Under the pieces are notes generated by a model. It was not told where the DNA came from. It worked only from the letters and a program-made list of their open reading frames with translations, and did no database searches. A stretch of DNA of 41,586 nucleotides, from positions 1 through 41,586 of the IMG/VR virus record IMGVR_UViG_3300003086_000041. One strand, 5' to 3'. Positions 35,890-41,586 of this stretch are shown here, one piece after another. The DNA is from a virus (Duplodnaviria; Caudoviricetes). The position numbers were made by a program, and so were the translations under genes. How positions within the stretch are numbered: position 1 is the stretch's first letter; the number at the start of each line of letters is the position of its first letter.

Positions 35890-37176
35890 ATGAATTCAGC
35901 ACAATACATGAACTTGATGACTAATCTTAAGGTTAGCGCAAACGCAGGCTTTGCTTTCGAGCAAACTAATGTACTACCTTCAGACCCAATGATGGGTCAA
36001 ATGGCTTTAGTGGATGGTGTATTATACATCTATGTCACTATTAGCGGTGTTACTACTTGGTTCCCACTAACAAATGGAAAATCAGCATACGTACACACAC
36101 AATCTGTTGCAGCTACTGCATGGTCAGTTACTCACGGATTAGATAGCAAGAACTTTGTCTATATGTGCTATGATGCAAATCATAACTTAACCATAGCAAA
36201 TGTATCTGACGTAACTTTAGCCGGCTTTACAGCTAACTTCAGTGTTGCTCAAACAGGTACTTGTGTAGTATTTGTAGAAAGTGAAGTATACCTACCAACA
36301 GTTGGAGCTAACAATGTTGCTACACAAACTTTAACAGTCGATGGCGGAACAACCGTAATAGACTCTTTAGGTGTTGTAGTAAATGGTGTAAATATTTCAA
36401 CTACAGCAGTTGATAATGCAGCAGCTATCACAGTATTAAATGCAGGTTCTGGTACAGCCGGTTCTGTAGATGCTAAGATTGCTACAGTAGTAGGAGCAGC
36501 CCCAGCAGCATTAGATACTCTAGTGGAAATTGGAGCTTCTTTAGCTAACGATGCAGACTTTGCAGGTACGATGACTACACAGTTATCTCTTAAGGCTACA
36601 GTAGTAGACTTAACAGCAGAAGAAACAGCTCGTACTGCAGATACAACAAATCTACAAGCACAAATCAGTACTAAGCTTAACTCTACGGATTACAATGCCG
36701 CTGACGTTTTAGCTAAATTAATAACTACTGATGGACCAGGATCGGCTCTAGATGCAGATACGCTAGATGGAAAAGAACTAGCTACTATCGAATCTGATCG
36801 TCAATCCGCTGATGCTACTCTACAAAGTAATATTACTGCTGAAGCAGGTACTGCTCGTGCAGCCGAAACAGCTAATGCTAATGATATAGCATCTGAAATT
36901 ACTCGTGCAACAGCAGCAGAAGCTACTTTACAAGGTAATGTTGATTCTGTAGTTCCTAACTTGAACCACGGAGGAGTAATTTCTTGTGTAGACGCTCAAG
37001 CTACTTACAATGCAAACTTCAAAGAGTCGTTTGCTATGGTATACTTAAACAGAATGTTACTTAGACCTACAGAATGGTCTGCATCATGTGCAGCTGGTTC
37101 TTGTACAAGTATAACAGTTGATTCAAGCATTTCAATCACGGATGGTGACGAACTAGAAATCGTATCTATAGTATAA
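35890..37176 (+). CDS. Fibre protein related to 33389..35374
   Basis: YVHTQSVAATAWSVTHGL domain, GAAPAALDTLVEI motif, DGPGSALDADTLDG, AExxxAR heptads. Confidence 0.78.
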   Translation: MNSAQYMNLMTNLKVSANAGFAFEQTNVLPSDPMMGQMALVDGVLYIYVTISGVTTWFPLTNGKSAYVHTQSVAATAWSVTHGLDSKNFVYMCYDANHNLTIANVSDVTLAGFTANFSVAQTGTCVVFVESEVYLPTVGANNVATQTLTVDGGTTVIDSLGVVVNGVNISTTAVDNAAAITVLNAGSGTAGSVDAKIATVVGAAPAALDTLVEIGASLANDADFAGTMTTQLSLKATVVDLTAEETARTADTTNLQAQISTKLNSTDYNAADVLAKLITTDGPGSALDADTLDGKELATIESDRQSADATLQSNITAEAGTARAAETANANDIASEITRATAAEATLQGNVDSVVPNLNHGGVISCVDAQATYNANFKESFAMVYLNRMLLRPTEWSASCAAGSCTSITVDSSISITDGDELEIVSIV

Positions 37177-37204
37177 CTTAACTAAATCTTAGAGGAGATA
37201 TATT

Positions 37205-38902
37205 ATGGCTAGAAGAAAACACAGTATTAAGGATAAGGCTGGAAACACCCTATCCCATACTAATAAAAATCAATCGTTACTATTAAAACGTGATGGCACA
37301 GTTGGGTCTATTGCAGACAAAGCAACATTAGATTCAACGGATACTAGTGAATCAATAATTCTATCTGGTGATAAGGGAAACCTTAGATCAGGAGAGTTAA
37401 CGGAGCACAATATTGCTGTATTAAATACAGTAAAAGCTGATGTTAATCACACACATAGTGAACACTATACCAAAACTCAGATGGATTCCACAATATCTGG
37501 CATTAATAGTAATGCCAGTTCCGAAGCTTCTACTAGAGCAGCTGGGGATTCCACCTTACAAACCCAAGTATCCACCCTAGATGGTACAAGTACTACGCAT
37601 ACTGCAAGTATTGCTACTAATACAGCTGCAATAGCTGCTATAAATGCTACACCAACGTATGCGCCAATGACTACGTCCCCTACTGCTCCAACATCTCCAA
37701 ATGTTGGCGATCAATGGTGGGATACAGTTTATAACGCTCTTATGATCTATATCAATGATGGTGATTCTACCCAATGGATGGATATTACTACTGATATTGG
37801 TGACACAATGACGCTTGCTGAAGCAGAAGCTCGTTATGTTAAGCGTGCTGGTGATACTATGACAGGCCATTTACAGCCTGCCACAGATAATGTGCATGAC
37901 TTAGGTAGCCCAAATAAACGTTGGAGAGATGTATATATTGGACCAGGTTCTTTATACATTGACGGACAAAAGGTTATAGAATCAGTAGCTAATACTATTA
38001 CTATAACAGCAGATGATAACCAAAATCTTGCTATAGCGACTAAGGGAACAGGTGACATAGAAATCCAAACTAGTGTTGGGTCTATTCAAATGAAATCAGA
38101 TGTACTAATGACTGTGGGCAAAGGTTTTAATACTGCTAATGGTTCTCCAGTACCTTTTCATTCAGGGCTTGATCTTAAAGGCGAAACCATGCAAAATCTT
38201 GGTGACCCGGTTAATGCTACTGATGCTTCTAATAAAGGGCACGCAGATGGTTTAATGGCTACTGAAGTAACTGCAAGAACTGCAGCTATTTCTGCTGAAG
38301 CATCGGCAAGATCTACAGCTATTTCTGCTGAAGCATCTACAAGAGCTTCAGCTATTACTAGCCTACAGTCTGATATGTCAACTAATAATACTGATATTGC
38401 TAATTTAACAACGGCAATGTCAACAGATACTGAGCGTTTAGCATCAGTAACAGCTTTGACTACAGCATTTACAGCTGCAGATACAAGCTTAGATGGTACA
38501 CTTACAGCGGCCATTGCAGGCAAAGCTAACAGTGATCTTAGTAACGTAGCAACTCTACCATCTGGTGTAGTTACTCAATTAAAAGGTGACACTGGAAATA
38601 CAGGTGCTCAAGGTCCTATAGGAAACACTGGAGCTGCTGGTAGTAATGGAAATACAGGTGCTCAAGGTCCTATAGGAAACACTGGAGCTGCTGGTAGTAA
38701 TGGAGCTACAGGTTCTCAAGGACCTATAGGAAACACTGGAGCTGCTGGTAGTAATGGAGCTACAGGTTCTCAAGGACCATCTGGATCTAATGGAAGTCAA
38801 GGATCCACAGGAGCTTCGGGTAATTCTGTATCAGTAACAACAGCAACGTCAGGCACACCTTCTGGTGGTGCCAATGGTGACTTATTCTTTGTTATAGTAT
38901 AG
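37205..38902 (+). CDS. Collagen-containing tail fibre
   Basis: GAGGAG RBS; [43 protein letters not shown] motifs; G-X-Y run; terminal [11 protein letters not shown]. Confidence 0.82.
   Translation: MARRKHSIKDKAGNTLSHTNKNQSLLLKRDGTVGSIADKATLDSTDTSESIILSGDKGNLRSGELTEHNIAVLNTVKADVNHTHSEHYTKTQMDSTISGINSNASSEASTRAAGDSTLQTQVSTLDGTSTTHTASIATNTAAIAAINATPTYAPMTTSPTAPTSPNVGDQWWDTVYNALMIYINDGDSTQWMDITTDIGDTMTLAEAEARYVKRAGDTMTGHLQPATDNVHDLGSPNKRWRDVYIGPGSLYIDGQKVIESVANTITITADDNQNLAIATKGTGDIEIQTSVGSIQMKSDVLMTVGKGFNTANGSPVPFHSGLDLKGETMQNLGDPVNATDASNKGHADGLMATEVTARTAAISAEASARSTAISAEASTRASAITSLQSDMSTNNTDIANLTTAMSTDTERLASVTALTTAFTAADTSLDGTLTAAIAGKANSDLSNVATLPSGVVTQLKGDTGNTGAQGPIGNTGAAGSNGNTGAQGPIGNTGAAGSNGATGSQGPIGNTGAAGSNGATGSQGPSGSNGSQGSTGASGNSVSVTTATSGTPSGGANGDLFFVIV
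38585..38826 (+). repeat. Collagen G-X-Y tract containing a 54-bp repeat (x3 plus partial, from 38594)
   Basis: G(N/A)TG(A/S)[13 protein letters not shown] units with near-identical DNA. Confidence 0.92.
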
Positions 38903-38911
38903 GGAGCAATC

Positions 38912-39772
38912 ATGGCATTAGATGGTGATTGGCAAGTAAAACATAATGGTACTTGGAGTAGTATTCAAGAAGCCTGGGTAAACAATAATGGTACCTGGGA
39001 AAGATTTATTAGAACACAGCCTGTAGATGGGGACTGGTCTGCTTGGTCAGGATATAGTACGTGTACTGCTTCATGTGGCGGTGGTACCTATTCAAGAACT
39101 AGAGTATGTAATAATCCTACCCCAGCATATGGAGGTGCGGATTGTTCCGGTTCTACCTCTGAAACTACTGCATGTAATACACAGAGTTGTTGTACAGCAG
39201 GCTCACAGACTTTTACATCGAGTGGTACGTTTAATATGCCTTCTGGCTGTACTTCTGCGTCTGTAACTGTGGTTGCTGCTGGCGGTGGTGGCGGTGGTGG
39301 AGAAGGTAATGGTGGCGGAGGTGGCGGTGGCGGCACTTGGTCCGGTTCTATTACAGGATCTGTATCCGTAACTGTAGGCTCTGGAGGCACGGGAGGGCTG
39401 GGAGACTGTAATTACGGAGGTAATTACAACGCTACAAATGGAGGAGCTTCATCCTTCGGATCCTATATTAGTAGGTCTGGCGGTACCGCCGGTACCAATA
39501 TATGTAGTGGATGTGGCGGAGGAACCGGAGGAGCTGGTGGAAGTGATTCCCCTTGTAACTACGGAAGCGGTTGTGGAAGTACAGGAGGCGGTTCATGGAA
39601 CGGTCAAGGAGCCGGAGGTCAGAGAGGTTGTAGAGGTAGTAATATAGGCAACGGTGACGGAGGGGGACTTATCGGAGGTTCTTATGGCGGCGGTGGTGGC
39701 GGAGGCGGCTGGTCTTACGGACGAGGTGGCAATGGTGCTAGTGGTGCAGTAATTATTTCTTGGAGCGCATAA
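38912..39772 (+). CDS. Gly-rich tip adhesin 1 with thrombospondin type-1 domain
   Basis: Trp-rich N-terminal peptide; VDGDWSAWSGYSTCTASCGGGTYSRTRVCNNPTPAYGGADCSGSTSETTACNTQSC; then SQTFTSSGTF...VVAAGGGGG...GGNGASGAVIISW Gly-rich domain. Confidence 0.85.
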   Translation: MALDGDWQVKHNGTWSSIQEAWVNNNGTWERFIRTQPVDGDWSAWSGYSTCTASCGGGTYSRTRVCNNPTPAYGGADCSGSTSETTACNTQSCCTAGSQTFTSSGTFNMPSGCTSASVTVVAAGGGGGGGEGNGGGGGGGGTWSGSITGSVSVTVGSGGTGGLGDCNYGGNYNATNGGASSFGSYISRSGGTAGTNICSGCGGGTGGAGGSDSPCNYGSGCGSTGGGSWNGQGAGGQRGCRGSNIGNGDGGGLIGGSYGGGGGGGGWSYGRGGNGASGAVIISWSA

Positions 39773-40062
39773 TGATATATTTTGAAATAGATAAAAATAC
39801 ACAAGAAGTATTGTCGGGTCCTTGGGGTTCTAACGAGTTACCAATTTTCTCTGAAGAGTCTAATATAGTAGCTACTGAGTCTCTATCTCTTAAGGTAGGA
39901 TGGTTTTATGTAGATGGGTTGCTAGAGAAACCTCTATCCCCTAATCCTTCCTGGATTTGGAGTGATTCTGAGGAGTCTTGGTCCTCGCCTATACCCTACC
40001 CGGAAGGTGAGCTAAACTATGACTGGAACGAAGAATTAACTAATTGGGTATTAGTACCTTAG
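39772..40062 (+). CDS. Small acidic Trp/Pro-rich partner of adhesin 1
   Basis: Likely start is the ATG at 39772 (TAATG overlap). C-terminal PNPSWIW....W.SPIPYP......WNEE...W matches the 41211 protein. Confidence 0.75.
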   Translation: MIYFEIDKNTQEVLSGPWGSNELPIFSEESNIVATESLSLKVGWFYVDGLLEKPLSPNPSWIWSDSEESWSSPIPYPEGELNYDWNEELTNWVLVP

Positions 40063-40139
40063 TAATGATAGAATTTAAATATACTGTTTCTTGAGTTGAT
40101 ACTGTATAGGATATAACGAATTAAGAAAGGAGGTATTCA

Positions 40140-41201
40140 ATGGCATTAGACGGCGATTGGCAAGTAAACCATAACGGTACTTGGAGTAGTATTCAAGAAG
40201 CCTGGGTTAACGAAAATGGTACTTGGAAAAGATTTATTAGAATAACCCCTATAGACGGTGGATACTCTGCATGGTCAGCATACGATGCTTGTACTGTAAA
40301 TTGTGGTGGAGGTACTCAAGGTCGTACTAGAACATGTACTAACCCTACTCCTGAACATGGCGGTGCAGATTGTGTAGGTACAGCTTCAGAGTCTCAAGCT
40401 TGTAATACTCACAGTTGTGCGGTATACGTATCGGCTACAGGAGGTGCAGTGACTACTTCGGGTAGCTATAGGTATCATACGTTTACAGGTACAGGTACCT
40501 TTAGTGTGACAACGGCGGGTAATGCAGCAGGGTCTAATACTCTTGAATATTTGGTTATTGCAGGCGGTGGTGGCTCAGGTCGAGGAGACAAGTCAGGGGG
40601 GCCAGGTGGTGCAGGAGGCTATAGAACTGCTTCTGCCACAGCATCAGCAACTGGGTACTCTGTTACAGTAGGTTCTGGAGGCTCGTACGGTTACTATAAT
40701 GGAATGAGTGGTGTTAATGGTGGTAATTCTACTTTTAACGGCTTAACCTCTACCGGTGGTGGCGGAGGCGGTGCCTCTCACACCGCAGGTAAGAGTGGTG
40801 GTTCTGGCGGCGGTGGTGGTGGTGGTACTAATACCGCTGCGGGTGGTACAGGAATCGCAGGACAAGGTCACAATGGTGGCTCAGGGCACAGTGCATGTTG
40901 TCTTCACCCTACCGGTGGTGGTGGTGGAGCGGGAAGCGCAGGACAAGCAGGTACTACTTCAAGAGTCGGTGGTTCGGGTCTAACATGGTTAGATGGAACG
41001 GTCCGAGCTAGTGGTGGTGCTGGTGCTAACGAAGGTGGATTTGGTTCTACTTCAGCCACTCCGGGTGGTGGTGGCTCAGGTGGTGATAGCGCATCTAACG
41101 GTATAGCAAATACCGGTGGTGGAGCTGGCGGTGTGGGACATCAGACAAATGGTAAAACAGGTGGCTCAGGTATCGTAATCATTAGATATCAGTATCAATA
41201 A
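40140..41201 (+). CDS. Gly-rich tip adhesin 2 with thrombospondin type-1 domain
   Basis: AAGGAGG RBS; same N-terminal peptide; [56 protein letters not shown]; ATGG...YHTFT...EYLVIAGGG...[10 protein letters not shown] domain. Confidence 0.87.
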   Translation: MALDGDWQVNHNGTWSSIQEAWVNENGTWKRFIRITPIDGGYSAWSAYDACTVNCGGGTQGRTRTCTNPTPEHGGADCVGTASESQACNTHSCAVYVSATGGAVTTSGSYRYHTFTGTGTFSVTTAGNAAGSNTLEYLVIAGGGGSGRGDKSGGPGGAGGYRTASATASATGYSVTVGSGGSYGYYNGMSGVNGGNSTFNGLTSTGGGGGGASHTAGKSGGSGGGGGGGTNTAAGGTGIAGQGHNGGSGHSACCLHPTGGGGGAGSAGQAGTTSRVGGSGLTWLDGTVRASGGAGANEGGFGSTSATPGGGGSGGDSASNGIANTGGGAGGVGHQTNGKTGGSGIVIIRYQYQ

Positions 41202-41210
41202 GGGGTAAAT

Positions 41211-41586
41211 ATGGCACATTTTGCAAAATTAGGAATTAACTCAAAAGTTATAGATGTTCTTGTTATTGATAATCAAGATATCACTGATAAAGAGGGTATA
41301 GAATCTGAACAACTTGGAATTGATTTTTTAGAAAAATTAACTAGATACCCATTTTGGGTTCAAACCTCATATAATAGAAACATTAGAAAGAACTTTGCTA
41401 GTGTGGGAAGCACTTACGATGACGTAAGAGATGCGTTTATACCCCCACAGCCTTACCCTTCTTGGGTATTAGATGAAGCTACTTGTCTTTGGCAAGCCCC
41501 TATTTCTGAACCTGTACTTACAGATGAAGATAGTTTAGGAGTTATGTGGAACGAAGATAAAACAGAGTGGAGAAACGTGTATCCTC
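41211..41586 (+). CDS. MAHFA-type partner protein of Gly-rich adhesin, truncated by the window end (not in ORF track)
   Basis: AAGGGG RBS; MAHFAKL...WVQTSYN...RKNFASVG.TYD..RDAFIPPQPYPSWVLDE.TCLWQAP; no stop before 41586. Confidence 0.85.
   Translation, partial: MAHFAKLGINSKVIDVLVIDNQDITDKEGIESEQLGIDFLEKLTRYPFWVQTSYNRNIRKNFASVGSTYDDVRDAFIPPQPYPSWVLDEATCLWQAPISEPVLTDEDSLGVMWNEDKTEWRNVYP

Larger units (their letters stand above)
1..41586 (+). other. Siphophage morphogenesis module (T5-like head/neck/tube, lambda-like tail tip, fibre cluster)
   Basis: Co-oriented, tightly packed ORFs run terminase-nickase-portal-protease/MCP-neck-tube-chaperones-tape measure-tip-fibres. No host genes are seen. 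Confidence 0.95.

Noticed and set aside
30636-38826. 84-bp and 54-bp tandem repeats as CRISPR-like arrays
   Set aside because: They are in-frame coding repeats with synonymous variation, no unique spacers and no cas genes.
39760-39771. ORF-track start at 39760 for the partner protein
   Set aside because: The ATG at 39772 overlaps the upstream stop (TAATG), a coupling used elsewhere in this window, so it is the more likely start.
589-39802. All minus-strand ORFs and short alternative-frame plus-strand ORFs in the track (e.g. 3569..4195, 12354..12893, 20611..21141)
   Set aside because: They lie within well-supported + strand genes and show the Ser/Ala/Pro-rich composition expected of antisense or off-frame shadows.
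40063-40139. Possible promoter before adhesin 2 (TTGAGT...TATAAC)
   Set aside because: The spacer is 15 nt and both boxes are mismatched, unlike the three perfect promoters elsewhere.
38912-40260. Duplicated adhesin 5' ends as a DGR template/variable repeat pair or an invertible shufflon
   Set aside because: Differences are mostly synonymous and not adenine-specific, the copies are direct and N-terminal, and no reverse transcriptase or invertase is in the window.

Overview
This is the virion-morphogenesis region of a large, AT-rich tailed phage, with all real genes on the + strand. The head, neck, tail tube and the N-terminal part of the tape measure follow phage T5 (Demerecviridae-like) in order and motifs: TerL, HNH nicking endonuclease, portal, protease plus major capsid, p144/p143/p142-like proteins, pb6-like tube, chaperones with a -1 frameshift, and a pb2-like tape measure. 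The tail tip is instead lambda-like (M, L, K, two I paralogs, J). A fibre/adhesin region follows, part of it behind its own sigma70 promoter. The most unusual points are these. (1) Two paralogous Gly-rich tip adhesins each carry a canonical animal-type thrombospondin-1 (TSP1) domain behind a shared docking peptide, each followed by a partner protein. (2) A probably ~3,790-aa tape measure has a C-terminal third made of cargo-like segments delimited by (F/Y/L)AxGG motifs, including an HExxH metallopeptidase-like segment. (3) A small Cys/Trp module is inserted repeatedly, sometimes nested, into gpJ and gpL. (4) The protease is fused to the capsid protein, with a candidate internal start. Two +1 frame breaks may be sequencing errors. 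All family assignments come from motif recognition by eye, not from database searches.
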